A stretch of 64,000 bases of DNA from Escherichia coli (GTDB lineage: Bacteria; Pseudomonadota; Gammaproteobacteria; Enterobacterales; Enterobacteriaceae). The translations under genes were made by a program, and so were the position numbers. Positions 1 to 10,928 of this stretch are shown here, piece by piece. The notes under the pieces were generated by a model. It was not told the origin of the DNA. It was given only the letters and a program-made list of their open reading frames with translations, and did no database searches. The number at the start of each line of letters is the position of its first letter. The first letter of the stretch is position 1. The stretch lies in the NCBI RefSeq assembly GCF_965641715.1, contig NZ_OZ282453.1. The stretch is one strand, 5' to 3'.

Positions 1-208
1 GCGTGCGCATGCCACCGGTGAAGTGGACGATAGCAAATTTAACGTGCTTGGTGGCTCGATTGCATACGGGCATCCCTTTGCGGCGACCGGCGCGCGAATG
101 ATAACCCAGACATTGCATGAACTTCGCCGCCGCGGCGGTGGATTTGGTTTAGTGACCGCCTGTGCTGCCGGTGGGCTTGGCGCGGCAATGGTTCTGGAGG
201 CGGAATAA
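1..208 (+). CDS. fadI: 3-ketoacyl-CoA thiolase FadI, C-terminal end (5' part lies outside the window)
   Basis: Open frame running off the left edge and ending ...[11 protein letters not shown], a thiolase C-terminus; stop overlaps the fadJ start (ATAATGG) as in the fadIJ operon. Confidence 0.85.
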
Positions 209-2352
209 TGGGAATGGCATCAGCGTTTACTCTTAATGTTCGTCTGGACAACATTGCTATCATCACCATCGACGTATCGGGTGAGAAAATGAATACCCTG
301 AAGGCGGAGTTTGCCTCGCAGGTGCGCGCCATTATTAAGCAACTCCGTGAAAACAAAGAGTTGCGAGGCGTGGTGTTTGTCTCCGCTAAACCGGACAACT
401 TCATTGCTGGCGCAGACATCAACATGATCGGCAACTGCAAAACGGCGCAAGAAGCGGAAGCTCTGGCGCGGCAGGGCCAACAGTTGATGGCGGAGATTCA
501 TGCTTTGCCCATTCCGGTTATTGCCGCTATTCATGGCGCTTGCCTGGGCGGTGGGCTGGAGCTGGCGCTCGCGTGCCACGGTCGCGTTTGTACTGACGAT
601 CCTAAAACGGTGCTCGGTTTGCCTGAAGTACAACTTGGATTGTTACCCGGTTCAGGCGGCACCCAGCGTTTACCGCGTCTGATAGGCGTCAGCACAGCAT
701 TAGAGATGATCCTCACCGGAAAACAACTTCGGGCGAAACAGGCATTAAAGCTGGGGCTGGTGGATGACGTCGTTCCGCACTCCATTCTGCTGGAAGCCGC
801 TGTTGAGCTGGCAAAGCAGGATCGTCCATCTTCCCGCCCTCTACCTGTACGCGAGCGTATTCTGGCGGGGCCGTTAGGTCGTGCGCTGCTGTTCAAAATG
901 GTCGGCAAGAAAACTGAGCACAAAACTCAGGGTAACTACCCGGCGACAGAACGTATTCTTGACGTTATTGAAACCGGATTAGCGCAGGGGACCAGCAGTG
1001 GCTATGACGCTGAAGCTCGCGCCTTTGGCGAACTGGCGATGACGCCACAATCGCAAGCTTTGCGTAGTATCTTTTTTGCCAGTACTGAAGTGAAGAAAGA
1101 TCCCGGTAGTGATGCGCCGCCTGCGTCATTAAACAGCGTGGGGATTTTAGGCGGTGGCTTGATGGGCGGTGGAATTGCCTACGTTACTGCCTGTAAAGCG
1201 GCTCTACCGGTAAGAATTAAAGATATCAACGCTCAGGGCATAAATCATGCGCTGAAGTACAGTTGGGATCAGCTTGATGGCAAAGTGCGCCGCCGCCATC
1301 TCAAAGCCAGCGAACGCGACAAGCAACTGGCTTTAATTTCGGGGACGACAGATTATCGCGGCTTTGCCCATCGCGATCTGATTATTGAAGCGGTGTTTGA
1401 AAATCTCGAGTTAAAACAACAGATGGTGGCGGAAGTGGAGCAAAACTGCGCCGCTCATACCATCTTTGCTTCGAATACTTCATCTTTACCGATTGGTGAT
1501 ATCGCCGCTCACGCCGCGCGACCTGAGCAGGTTATTGGCCTGCATTACTTCAGCCCGGTGGAAAAAATGCCGCTGGTGGAGATTATTCCTCATGCGGGTA
1601 CATCGGCGCAAACCATCGCCACTACGGTAAAACTGGCGAAAAAACAGGGCAAAACGCCAATCGTCGTGCGTGACAAAGCCGGGTTTTACGTCAATCGCAT
1701 CTTAGCGCCTTACATTAATGAAGCTATCCGCATGCTGACCGAAGGTGAACGGGTAGAGCACATTGATGCCGCGCTAGTGAAATTTGGTTTTCCGGTAGGT
1801 CCAATCCAACTTTTGGATGAGGTAGGAATCGACACCGGGACTAAAATTATTCCTGTACTGGAAGCCGCTTATGGAGAACGTTTTAGCGCGCCTGCAAATG
1901 TTGTTTCTTCAATTTTGAACGACGATCGCAAAGGCAGAAAAAATGGTCGGGGTTTCTATCTTTATGGTCAGAAAGGGCGTAAAAGCAAAAAACAGGTCGA
2001 TCCTGCCATTTACCCGCTCATTGGCGCACAAGGGCAGGGGCGACTCTCCGCACCGCAGGTTGCTGAACGGTGTGTGATGTTGATGCTGAATGAAGCAGTA
2101 CGTTGTGTTGATGAGCAGGTTATCCGTAGCGTGCGTGACGGGGATATTGGTGCGGTATTTGGCATTGGTTTTCCGCCATTTCTCGGTGGACCGTTTCGCT
2201 ATATCGATTCTCTCGGCGCGGGCGAAGTGGTTGCAATAATGCAACGACTGGCCACGCAGTATGGTTCACGTTTTACCCCTTGCGAGCGTTTAGTCGAGAT
2301 GGGTGCGCGTGGGGAAAGTTTTTGGAAAACAACTGCAACTGACCTGCAATAA
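208..2352 (+). CDS. fadJ: Anaerobic fatty-acid oxidation complex alpha subunit (enoyl-CoA hydratase / 3-hydroxyacyl-CoA dehydrogenase)
   Basis: 714-aa ORF with a crotonase-like N-terminal half and a Rossmann motif ([13 protein letters not shown]); sits directly downstream of fadI. Confidence 0.93.
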   Translation: MGMASAFTLNVRLDNIAIITIDVSGEKMNTLKAEFASQVRAIIKQLRENKELRGVVFVSAKPDNFIAGADINMIGNCKTAQEAEALARQGQQLMAEIHALPIPVIAAIHGACLGGGLELALACHGRVCTDDPKTVLGLPEVQLGLLPGSGGTQRLPRLIGVSTALEMILTGKQLRAKQALKLGLVDDVVPHSILLEAAVELAKQDRPSSRPLPVRERILAGPLGRALLFKMVGKKTEHKTQGNYPATERILDVIETGLAQGTSSGYDAEARAFGELAMTPQSQALRSIFFASTEVKKDPGSDAPPASLNSVGILGGGLMGGGIAYVTACKAALPVRIKDINAQGINHALKYSWDQLDGKVRRRHLKASERDKQLALISGTTDYRGFAHRDLIIEAVFENLELKQQMVAEVEQNCAAHTIFASNTSSLPIGDIAAHAARPEQVIGLHYFSPVEKMPLVEIIPHAGTSAQTIATTVKLAKKQGKTPIVVRDKAGFYVNRILAPYINEAIRMLTEGERVEHIDAALVKFGFPVGPIQLLDEVGIDTGTKIIPVLEAAYGERFSAPANVVSSILNDDRKGRKNGRGFYLYGQKGRKSKKQVDPAIYPLIGAQGQGRLSAPQVAERCVMLMLNEAVRCVDEQVIRSVRDGDIGAVFGIGFPPFLGGPFRYIDSLGAGEVVAIMQRLATQYGSRFTPCERLVEMGARGESFWKTTATDLQ

Positions 2353-2554
2353 GAAGGTCAAAGCTATATGAATCCGCGCTGAATGGCGGATTGCTGGTCA
2401 AAATGTAAACGCATATTGACTATACTTACGCCATTGAGGTAAAAAACAGCGTTTCATTCGGTGAATGGATAAGGCACAATGCCGGCCACCGTTTTCTTTC
2501 TCTGGTTTCAGATGAAAGAAAACGGGCGAATCTGGTTAACAAAAGCGGTGCAAT

Positions 2555-3040
2555 ATGCAAGTTTTTATCATGCGTCACGGCGACGCAGCCCTCGATGCCG
2601 CCAGTGATTCGGTTCGTCCTCTGACTACTAATGGTTGTGACGAATCTCGCCTGATGGCGAACTGGCTGAAAGGTCAAAAAGTGGAAATCGAACGCGTTCT
2701 GGTGAGCCCGTTCCTGCGAGCCGAGCAAACACTGGAGGAAGTAGGGGATTGTCTGAACCTGCCTTCCAGTGCAGAAGTTCTGCCGGAGTTAACGCCCTGC
2801 GGCGATGTTGGTCTGGTCAGTGCCTATTTGCAGGCGTTGACCAATGAAGGTGTTGCTTCGGTGTTGGTTATCTCCCACTTACCGTTAGTCGGGTATCTGG
2901 TTGCCGAGTTATGTCCGGGCGAAACGCCGCCTATGTTTACCACCTCGGCCATTGCCAGCGTAACGCTTGATGAAAGCGGAAAAGGCGAGTTCAACTGGCA
3001 GATGAGCCCATGTAATTTGAAGATGGCGAAAGCTATCTGA
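2555..3040 (+). CDS. sixA: Phosphohistidine phosphatase SixA
   Basis: 161-aa ORF starting MQVFIMRHGDA, the RHG histidine-phosphatase motif; matches SixA in length and position next to fadJ. Confidence 0.9.
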   Translation: MQVFIMRHGDAALDAASDSVRPLTTNGCDESRLMANWLKGQKVEIERVLVSPFLRAEQTLEEVGDCLNLPSSAEVLPELTPCGDVGLVSAYLQALTNEGVASVLVISHLPLVGYLVAELCPGETPPMFTTSAIASVTLDESGKGEFNWQMSPCNLKMAKAI

Positions 3041-3049
3041 TTCGTTTGA

Positions 3050-3685
3050 AAAAATGCCCGATGTACAGCTTACATCGGGCATTTGTCTTTTTGCAATAGT
3101 AGATATTCACTCAAAACCTTTCACGGAGTTGATACGCTTCGATACAGAATTCATCGCACTTTTTCCTCTGCTTCCCTATTAATTTCTGACGAAATGAGAC
3201 TAAGTTGTAATGTATTTTTACAAAGCATCAAACTAATAGAACAGTTAATAATAAAAAAGAAATGATATTTTCGTGTCTTAATTTAATATTATTTGTGATG
3301 TGTTAATAGTATAACTTCAAAAAAGTACAATCTCAAACTTAATCTAAGATTGTCTTTTTTGCGCAGGTTATTCATAAATTGAAATTATGTGTAAGATATT
3401 TTTTTAAGCATTTCATTTCTTTTTTATAAGAAAATCCTCAAAATATTTCTATTCTGGCTATACATTAAGCGGTCCTTAATTCGCTGTTAAGTAAATATAA
3501 TTTGAAACAATAAAGACAAAATATCACCATCCGCCCACACCAAAGAATATCTTCTTATGCGACCTATTTTCTTGTTAGTTAGATCGGATAGCTTATTCAA
3601 TGGCTGGGTATAAATAATTGCTATTGACTGAATCAATGTATTGCAATGTTTATATTTTTAATTATTTATGGTTTAAGGACAAATA
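3050..3685. promoter_or_regulatory. AT-rich intergenic region upstream of the fimbrial operon (likely promoter/regulatory region)
   Basis: About 640 bp of strongly AT-rich non-coding DNA between sixA and the first fimbrial gene. No specific site is called. Confidence 0.4.
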
Positions 3686-4249
3686 ATGAGTAAGTTTGTA
3701 AAAACAGCTATTGCTGCAACAATGGTAATGGGTGCGTTCGCTTCTACTTCAACAATCGCCGCTGGCAACAATGGTACAGCACGTTTCTACGGCACCATTG
3801 AAGATTCCCCGTGCTCCATCGTTCCTGATGATCACAAACTGGAAGTTGATATGGGTGACATTGGTTCAGGGATCCTGAAAAACAACGGGACTTCTACACC
3901 GAAAGCTTTCCAGATCCATCTGCAAGACTGTGTGTTTGACACCCAGACAACGATGACCACTACCTTCACCGGTAACGCGTCTTCTACCAACAGCGGCAAT
4001 TACTACACCATTTACAATACCGATACTGGTGCGGCATTTAACAATGTCAGCCTGGCCATTGGTGACGCTCAGGGAACCTCTTATAAAAGCGGCGCGGGTA
4101 TCGAACAGAAAATCGTAAACGATACGGCGACCAACAAAGGCAAAGCGAAGCAGACGCTGGACTTTAAAGCCTGGCTGGTGGGCGCGGCTGATGCGCCAGA
4201 TTTAGGTAATTTTGAAGCCAACACGACCTTCCAGATTACTTATCTCTAA
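3686..4249 (+). CDS. yfcV: Fimbrial major subunit (chaperone-usher pilin)
   Basis: 187-aa ORF with a signal peptide (MSKFVKTAIAATMVMGAFASTSTIAA), one Cys pair and a C-terminal beta-strand ending ...TTFQITYL; first gene of the operon. Confidence 0.85.
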   Translation: MSKFVKTAIAATMVMGAFASTSTIAAGNNGTARFYGTIEDSPCSIVPDDHKLEVDMGDIGSGILKNNGTSTPKAFQIHLQDCVFDTQTTMTTTFTGNASSTNSGNYYTIYNTDTGAAFNNVSLAIGDAQGTSYKSGAGIEQKIVNDTATNKGKAKQTLDFKAWLVGAADAPDLGNFEANTTFQITYL

Positions 4250-4318
4250 GTGATACCCCCATAGCTTTCGGGCTATGGGGTTTTTAAATGGAATTCGCGC
4301 AAATTATAATAATTACGG

Positions 4319-6970
4319 ATGGATACGTGTATGCCTGACCATTCTCTTTTCCGACTGCGGGTACTTCCCTGCTGCGTTGCATTGGCAATGTCCGGGAGTT
4401 ATGTCAATGCCTGGGCTGAAGATGAAATTCAGTTTGATTCCCGTTTTCTGGAGTTAAAAGGCGACACAAAAATCGATCTGAAGCGATTTTCCAGCCAGGG
4501 TTATGTCGAGCCTGGGAAATACAATTTACAGGTTCAACTAAATAAACAGCCGCTGACGGAAGAATACGATATTTTCTGGTACGCCTCTGAGAACGATGCC
4601 AGTAAAACCTATGCCTGCCTGACGCCTGAACTGGTCGCGCAGTTTGGCTTAAAAGAGGATGTGGCAAAAAACCTGCAATGGATCCACGACGGCAAATGCC
4701 TGAAACCCGGTCAACTGGAAGGCATTGATATTAAAGCTGACCTGAGTCAGTCAGCGTTAGTCATTTCATTACCCCAGGCTTACCTTGAATATACCGACAT
4801 CAACTGGGATCCGCCTTCACGCTGGGATGACGGTATATCTGGTTTAATTGCTGACTACAGTATTACCGCCCAGACACGACATGAAGAAAATGGCGGGGAT
4901 GACAGCAATGAAATTAGCGGTAACGGGACGGTTGGGGTGAACCTCGGCGCATGGCGTCTTCGTGCCGACTGGCAGACTGATTATTTGCATAGTAAAAGCA
5001 ATGATGACGATGTTATCAACGGTGATGACACGCAAAAAAACTGGGAGTGGAGCCGCTACTACGCCTGGCGAGCCTTACCGTCGCTAAAAGCCAAACTTGG
5101 GCTTGGCGAAGACTACCTGAATTCTGATATTTTCGACGGCTTTAACTACGTGGGTGGCAGTATCAGCACCGACGATCAAATGTTGCCGCCGAATCTGCGC
5201 GGCTATGCGCCGGATATCTCCGGCGTGGCGCACACCACCGCGAAAGTGACCGTCAGCCAGATGGGCCGCGTGATTTACGAAACTCAGGTCCCGGCGGGGC
5301 CGTTCCGTATCCAGGATCTTGGCGATTCCGTCTCCGGTACGCTGCATATCCGCATTGAAGAGCAGAACGGTCAGGTGCAGGAATATGACATTAACACTGC
5401 GTCAATGCCGTTCCTGACCCGCCCCGGCCAGGTGCGCTATAAACTGATGATGGGCCGCCCGCAGGAGTGGGGGCACCACGTGGAAGGCGGTTTCTTCTCC
5501 GGCGGCGAAGCTTCCTGGGGGATTGCCAACGGCTGGTCGCTCTACGGCGGGGCGCTGGCAGATGAACACTATCAGTCGGCGGCGCTTGGCATCGGTCGCG
5601 ACCTGTCTGCCTTTGGCGCGGTCGCCTTTGATATCACCCACTCGCATACCCGCCTGGATAAAGAAACTGCCTACGGTAAAGGTTCACTGGACGGTAACTC
5701 GTTTCGCGTGAGCTATTCCAAAGACTTCGATGAACTGAACAGCCGCGTCACTTTTGCCGGATACCGCTTCTCGGAAGAGAACTTCATGACCATGAGCGAG
5801 TATCTCGATGCCAGCGACAGCGAAATGGTGCGCACCGGCAACGACAAAGAGATGTACACCGCCACCTATAACCAGAACTTCAGGGATGCCGGTGTGTCTG
5901 TTTATCTCAACTACACCCGCCATACCTACTGGGATCGCGACGAACAGACTAACTACAACATCATGCTCTCGCACTACTTCAACCTGGGCAGTATCCGCAA
6001 CATGAGCATTTCCATGACCGGATACCGCTACGAGTATGACAACCAGGCCGATAAAGGTGTGTACATATCGCTCAGTATGCCGTGGGGTGACAGCAGCACC
6101 ATCAGCTATAACGGCAACTACGGCAGCGGTTCGGACAGCAGCCAGGTGGGGTATTTCAGCCGTGTCGATGACGCAACCCATTACCAGTTGAACGTAGGCA
6201 CCAGCGACAATCACTCCAGCGTTGACGGTTATTACAGCCACGACGGATCGCTGGCGCAGGTCGATCTCAGCGCTAACTACCATGAAGGGCAGTACACCTC
6301 GGCGGGTATTTCCTTACAGGGCGGCGCGACGCTCACCGCACAAGGTGGCGCGCTCCACCGTACCCAGAATATGGGCGGCACGCGTCTGTTAATAGATGCC
6401 GATGGCGTGGTCGGTGTTCCGGTGGAAGGAAACGGTGCAGCGGTTTACACCAATATGTTCGGTAAGGCCGTGGTGGCAGACGTCAACAACTACTACCGCA
6501 ACCAGGCGTATATCGACCTAAACAACCTGCCGGAAAACGCCGAAGCCACCCAGTCCGTGGTGCAGGCCACCCTTACCGAAGGGGCCATTGGCTACCGTAA
6601 GTTCTCGGTTATCAGCGGGCAAAAAGCGATGGCGGTCCTGCGTCTGCAGGATGGTAGCTACCCGCCGTTTGGCGCGGAAGTGAAAAATGACAACGCGCAG
6701 AACGTTGGTCTGGTTGACGATGACGGCAACGTCTACCTCGCGGGCGTCAAACCTGGCGAGCATATGATCGTTTCATGGGGCGGTGTGGCCCACTGCGATA
6801 TTCATCTGCCTGACCCGCTGCCAGCCGATCTGTTCAATGGCCTGTTATTACCATGCCAGCAAACAGGGGCGATATCTCCTTCGATGCCTCATGAAATTAA
6901 GCCGATGATCCAGGAGCAGACCCAGCAGGTGATGCCAACGGAAGCACCGGTATCGGTATCCGCCAATTAA
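4319..6970 (+). CDS. yfcU: Fimbrial outer-membrane usher
   Basis: 883-aa ORF with signal peptide, usher size and position between pilin and chaperone. Exact start (4319 or 4331) is uncertain. Confidence 0.85.
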   Translation: MDTCMPDHSLFRLRVLPCCVALAMSGSYVNAWAEDEIQFDSRFLELKGDTKIDLKRFSSQGYVEPGKYNLQVQLNKQPLTEEYDIFWYASENDASKTYACLTPELVAQFGLKEDVAKNLQWIHDGKCLKPGQLEGIDIKADLSQSALVISLPQAYLEYTDINWDPPSRWDDGISGLIADYSITAQTRHEENGGDDSNEISGNGTVGVNLGAWRLRADWQTDYLHSKSNDDDVINGDDTQKNWEWSRYYAWRALPSLKAKLGLGEDYLNSDIFDGFNYVGGSISTDDQMLPPNLRGYAPDISGVAHTTAKVTVSQMGRVIYETQVPAGPFRIQDLGDSVSGTLHIRIEEQNGQVQEYDINTASMPFLTRPGQVRYKLMMGRPQEWGHHVEGGFFSGGEASWGIANGWSLYGGALADEHYQSAALGIGRDLSAFGAVAFDITHSHTRLDKETAYGKGSLDGNSFRVSYSKDFDELNSRVTFAGYRFSEENFMTMSEYLDASDSEMVRTGNDKEMYTATYNQNFRDAGVSVYLNYTRHTYWDRDEQTNYNIMLSHYFNLGSIRNMSISMTGYRYEYDNQADKGVYISLSMPWGDSSTISYNGNYGSGSDSSQVGYFSRVDDATHYQLNVGTSDNHSSVDGYYSHDGSLAQVDLSANYHEGQYTSAGISLQGGATLTAQGGALHRTQNMGGTRLLIDADGVVGVPVEGNGAAVYTNMFGKAVVADVNNYYRNQAYIDLNNLPENAEATQSVVQATLTEGAIGYRKFSVISGQKAMAVLRLQDGSYPPFGAEVKNDNAQNVGLVDDDGNVYLAGVKPGEHMIVSWGGVAHCDIHLPDPLPADLFNGLLLPCQQTGAISPSMPHEIKPMIQEQTQQVMPTEAPVSVSAN

Positions 6971-6992
6971 TAACGTGATTAAGGAATGATCC

Positions 6993-7745
6993 ATGACGAA
7001 TCTATTTTGCTCTGCCAAAAAATCCACAATGTTGCTGGCATTGCTACTAACCACTGCCAGCCTGTCAGCACAGGCCTCTGTCACGCCAGACCGTACACGC
7101 CTGATTTTTAATGAGAGTGATAAATCAATCAGCGTCACGCTGCGTAATAACGACCCGAAAATGCCGTATCTGGCACAAAGCTGGATGGAAGATGAACAGG
7201 GTAACAGGATTAGCTCGCCACTGACGGCCCTGCCGCCGGTGCAGCGCATCGATTCCATGATGAACGGCCAGGTGAAGGTGCAGGGGATGCCGGATATCAA
7301 CAAGCTGCCTGCCGACCGCGAGAGCGTGTTCTACTTCAACGTGCGTGAAATTCCGCCGAAATCGAATAAACCCAACACGTTACAGATAGTGCTGCAAACG
7401 CGCATCAAGCTGTTCTGGCGACCAAAGGCGCTGGAAAACGTCAGCATGAAAAACCCGTGGCAGCATAAGGTGACCTTAACCCGCAGCGGTCAGGAGTTTA
7501 CCGTCAATAATCCTACGCCGTACTACGTGGTTATCAGTAACGCCAGCACGCAGAAAAATGGCAATCCGGCAGCGGGATTTTCCCCCATGGTGATATCGCC
7601 AAAAACCTCTGTGCCGTTAAAAGTCAAAATGGATAGCGTCCCGGTGCTGTCTTACGTCAACGACTATGGCGCACGGATGCCGCTGTATTTTAAATGTGGC
7701 GGTGATACATGCCAGGTGGATGTAGAGCAGAGCCGCAAAGGCTGA
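6993..7745 (+). CDS. yfcS: Periplasmic fimbrial chaperone (PapD-like)
   Basis: 250-aa ORF with signal peptide and PapD-like features; follows the usher. Confidence 0.85.
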   Translation: MTNLFCSAKKSTMLLALLLTTASLSAQASVTPDRTRLIFNESDKSISVTLRNNDPKMPYLAQSWMEDEQGNRISSPLTALPPVQRIDSMMNGQVKVQGMPDINKLPADRESVFYFNVREIPPKSNKPNTLQIVLQTRIKLFWRPKALENVSMKNPWQHKVTLTRSGQEFTVNNPTPYYVVISNASTQKNGNPAAGFSPMVISPKTSVPLKVKMDSVPVLSYVNDYGARMPLYFKCGGDTCQVDVEQSRKG

Positions 7746-7760
7746 TGCCGGGAGAGCGAC

Positions 7761-8264
7761 ATGAGACAAATTTTTGTTGTGGGGGTGGGTATATTACTGC
7801 TGGGCGTTAGTGGGATATATAACATTATCCTTGCAAATTCAAAACCTGTTGATCTCATTTTACAGGTACATGTAGATCCTCCTCCGCCATGTAGCGTAAC
7901 GGGGAGTTCAGTAGATTTTCAGACTGTGAATATCAACGATATCAATGGTAGTAATTATCGTAAAGATGCAGGATATACGTTGTCATGCCCTGACCGAAAA
8001 GCTGATGATTTACGTATGCAGTTGAGAGGAAACACCACCACAATTAATGGAGAAAAAGTCGTTGATGTAGGGGTTCCAGGATTTGGTATTCGAATCGAGA
8101 ATGCAGATAACAACTCACTATTCTCCATTGGAGAAAACAACTGGACCCCTTTCAATATCACATCACAGCCGAAACTTAATGCAGTCCCGGTAAAACAAAG
8201 TGGTGCACAACTTTCAGGGGCCGATTTTAGTGGGAGTTTAACAATGGTGGTGGATTATCAATGA
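7761..8264 (+). CDS. yfcR: Fimbrial minor subunit
   Basis: 167-aa ORF with signal peptide and a C-terminal ...VVDYQ strand; 4-bp overlap with the next gene. Confidence 0.7.
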   Translation: MRQIFVVGVGILLLGVSGIYNIILANSKPVDLILQVHVDPPPPCSVTGSSVDFQTVNINDINGSNYRKDAGYTLSCPDRKADDLRMQLRGNTTTINGEKVVDVGVPGFGIRIENADNNSLFSIGENNWTPFNITSQPKLNAVPVKQSGAQLSGADFSGSLTMVVDYQ

Positions 8265-8737
8265 AAATACTCTTGTATTTATTGCTCTGTATGAGCAGCG
8301 GTATTGTGAATGCATCACCGGATATCACCTTCAAAGGAACTCTTGTATTGCCTCCGGCATGTACTATTAGTGATGGAAACACTATCGAGGTGGAGTTCAG
8401 GGATGTAATTATCGATAGCATTGATGGAAATAATGGGCGAGAGGTCGTGCCCTACGATATTAAATGTGATGCTGTTACACCCGGTAGTTCCTGGGATATG
8501 ACATTGACATGGATAGGCACACAAACAAGTTATGATGATGCTGCAATCGAAACTGATGTAACAGGATTAGGGATTAAACTTCGGCAAAATGGTCAGCCAT
8601 TTAGAGTAAATACACCGATACAAATTAACGCCGATACGAAACCACAATTAGAGGCTGTCCCCGTGAAGGCGGTAGATGCTGTATTAACAGACGGAACGTT
8701 TTCAGCTTCGGCCACATTACGGGTGGAATATCAATGA
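8261..8737 (+). CDS. yfcQ: Fimbrial minor subunit
   Basis: 158-aa ORF with signal peptide, ending ...RVEYQ; translationally coupled to its neighbours. Confidence 0.7.
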   Translation: MKILLYLLLCMSSGIVNASPDITFKGTLVLPPACTISDGNTIEVEFRDVIIDSIDGNNGREVVPYDIKCDAVTPGSSWDMTLTWIGTQTSYDDAAIETDVTGLGIKLRQNGQPFRVNTPIQINADTKPQLEAVPVKAVDAVLTDGTFSASATLRVEYQ

Positions 8738-9258
8738 AGATGAAAACCTGGTTCGCACTCATAGTAATGCTGTTACTGGCAGGAAATAGCACAGCGCGTG
8801 CAGACAATAATTTACACTTCTACGGAAATTTATTAAGTAAATCTTGTACCCTGGTAGTACAAGGACAAGTGCTGGCTGAAGTCCATTTCCCAAGTATCAG
8901 CAGCAGAGATTTAATGTCACGGGAACAATCTGATCGTGTGCCGGTCGTTTTTCAATTGAAAGATTGCAAAGGGCCTGTTGGTTACAAAGTTAGAGTTACG
9001 TTAACCGGTACCGAAGATAGCGATTTGCCAGGGTTTCTGGCTTTGGATGCATCATCGGGTGCGCAAGGTGTGAGCATTGGCATGGAAACAGTTGATGGGA
9101 TACAGGTCCCCATCAACAATTCGGCAGGGGCAATATTTAACCTGAGTAACGGTGCTAATAATCTTAACTTTAAGGCTTGGTTGCAGGCGAAATCTGGGCG
9201 TGAAGTCACTTCTGGTGAATTTACTGCCAGCCTGACGGCAATTTTTGAGTATATCTAA
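8734..9258 (+). CDS. yfcP: Fimbrial minor subunit
   Basis: 174-aa ORF with signal peptide, ending ...AIFEYI; overlapping start and stop with flanking genes. Confidence 0.7.
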   Translation: MKMKTWFALIVMLLLAGNSTARADNNLHFYGNLLSKSCTLVVQGQVLAEVHFPSISSRDLMSREQSDRVPVVFQLKDCKGPVGYKVRVTLTGTEDSDLPGFLALDASSGAQGVSIGMETVDGIQVPINNSAGAIFNLSNGANNLNFKAWLQAKSGREVTSGEFTASLTAIFEYI

Positions 9259-10098
9259 ATGAAAATAAAAGTGATTTTATTTGGTATGTTATTGTTCGGG
9301 CTTAATTCTTCTGTACAAGCAGACGTTACATTTAATAATGTTCAGACTTATGGCGCATCTTATGGCAGTGGGCTAACAACATCTATCGTTTATAAAATAG
9401 ATGTGTTAACCCCTGAAGGGGCATATTATGGGACATATTCACAAGGGGGGATTATGGTACAGGCAGGAGTTGTGCCTAACTTAACCTGGACTGGACCGGG
9501 TGTCCCCCCAGACATAACAATTCCGCCAGGGCGGGCACCGATAGTAGATGATTCTTATTGTCCCGGTATGACCTCTGGTTGGGTTTGTCATAGACTTCCT
9601 GTAAATGTACATGTTACGGGTACAACCCATGGTTGCCCTTGGGTGGTGACAACATCAATTTATAGCACAGCAAGGCCTCCGCAGGCGGGGCCATATTATT
9701 ATCAGGGGCCGAATGCGCACCAATCAAATTGTCCAACAGAGCCAGTAGCAAGCTATGATATTTCCTGGGATGAAAACACCGTTGTTCATAATAAATCATT
9801 AAGCCTGCAATCTACGGGGGGGGTTATTGAGAAATCGTTGCCGACATTCTTAATGAAAGATGGGCGATTATGTGATGGCAGTGACTTCAGTGATGACCGT
9901 GGAGCCTATTGTCGCCTGGTATCACAATTAATGACGTTTAGTGTCCAGGGTTGTGATAACAATAAAGTGAACGTAACGGCAAACCGACATCCTGTAACTG
10001 ATAAACAACTCCATGACATGCAGGTGCGTGTTGATACTAGTGAACGGCAAAGTTTTGATGCTACATGTCGCTTTCAATATATTCTTAATGAACTTTAA
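9259..10098 (+). CDS. yfcO: Fimbrial tip adhesin-like subunit
   Basis: 279-aa Cys-rich ORF with signal peptide; last gene of the fimbrial operon, next to smrB. Confidence 0.7.
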   Translation: MKIKVILFGMLLFGLNSSVQADVTFNNVQTYGASYGSGLTTSIVYKIDVLTPEGAYYGTYSQGGIMVQAGVVPNLTWTGPGVPPDITIPPGRAPIVDDSYCPGMTSGWVCHRLPVNVHVTGTTHGCPWVVTTSIYSTARPPQAGPYYYQGPNAHQSNCPTEPVASYDISWDENTVVHNKSLSLQSTGGVIEKSLPTFLMKDGRLCDGSDFSDDRGAYCRLVSQLMTFSVQGCDNNKVNVTANRHPVTDKQLHDMQVRVDTSERQSFDATCRFQYILNEL

Positions 10099-10117
10099 TT
10101 AATATTATTAGCCTCGA

Positions 10118-10160
10118 CAGTGTTCGTAGCCGGATAAGGCGTTTACCCCGCATCCGGCAT
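10118..10160. repeat. REP (repetitive extragenic palindromic) element
   Basis: gccggataaggcgtttaccccgcatccggca, a typical E. coli REP palindrome in the yfcO-smrB gap. Confidence 0.7.
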
Positions 10161-10211
10161 TTGGTCCCAGCATTCAGGGCGAAATGGCAAAACGCATCCG
10201 CCCCCTAATAT

Positions 10212-10763
10212 TCATGGCAACTCCGGCGGTAGCCACTCTTCCACTTCAATCAACACTAACAACGCTGCATCTCCGCCGTACTCTTTCGGCGCCTGGTGAA
10301 ATGCCATTACATGCGGATGTTGTGCCAGCCACAGCGGCGTTTGCTGTTTTAAAATATGCTTCCCGTGCCCGTGCATTACGCAAGCGCAAAACACATGTTC
10401 ACGGCGGCAGGCGGCAATCAACGCCCCCAGTTCCTGCTTGGCCTGTAGCTGCGTCAGACCGTGTAAATCCAAAAACAATTCCGGCGAATAATCACCGCGT
10501 CGCAACTTCTTCGCTTCAAAATGACTAACATCCGGGCGGACATATTTCACTGGGCCTTCGGTATTCAGTAACGGCTGAAACTCATCTGAGAAATAATGGC
10601 TGGCATCAGCCTGCTCCTGGATCAAGCGTTTCACCGGCACTTCGCTGACTTTTTTACGCTGTGGCCGATGGACAATGGTGTCCTGCTTAATCTTGCGAGT
10701 CCCCGCCATCAACTGGCGAAACAGAGCCTGGTCCTCCTCGCTAAGTGTTGTTTTCTTTTTCAT
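10212..10763 (-). CDS. smrB: Smr-domain ribosome-rescue endonuclease SmrB
   Basis: 183-aa ORF with a C-terminal Smr-like segment ([15 protein letters not shown]...HGHGKHIL); conserved position upstream of prmB. Confidence 0.85.
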   Translation of the reverse strand: MKKKTTLSEEDQALFRQLMAGTRKIKQDTIVHRPQRKKVSEVPVKRLIQEQADASHYFSDEFQPLLNTEGPVKYVRPDVSHFEAKKLRRGDYSPELFLDLHGLTQLQAKQELGALIAACRREHVFCACVMHGHGKHILKQQTPLWLAQHPHVMAFHQAPKEYGGDAALLVLIEVEEWLPPELP

Positions 10764-10928
10764 TTATCTGTCTCTATTTCTAATTTTCCTACAGTTTACC
10801 CGACTCGTAGCGCAATCGATCGTTTTAAACGTATTTTTCCTCACTCACCGCGCGTGAATGCTGATTTATCGTCATCTTCATGGCAAACTAGCCGCCGAAA
10901 TTATTGCGATCATGCCCTGGAGGAATAC

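Noticed and set aside
220-923. Antisense ORFs of 130-137 aa overlapping fadJ
   Set aside because: They lie entirely inside the well-supported fadJ frame on the opposite strand, with no independent signals and odd composition; typical shadow ORFs of a GC-rich gene.
5684-6283. 199-aa minus-strand ORF inside the fimbrial usher gene
   Set aside because: Val/Ala-rich low-complexity translation antisense to a clearly coding usher frame.
10184-10528. 114-aa plus-strand ORF overlapping smrB
   Set aside because: Antisense to smrB; Pro/Ala/Arg-rich translation with no recognisable features.
10596-10928. Upstream extension of the prmB ORF (track start at 10596)
   Set aside because: The extension overlaps the smrB 5' end and promoter region; the conserved PrmB N-terminus begins at the in-frame GTG at 10929.
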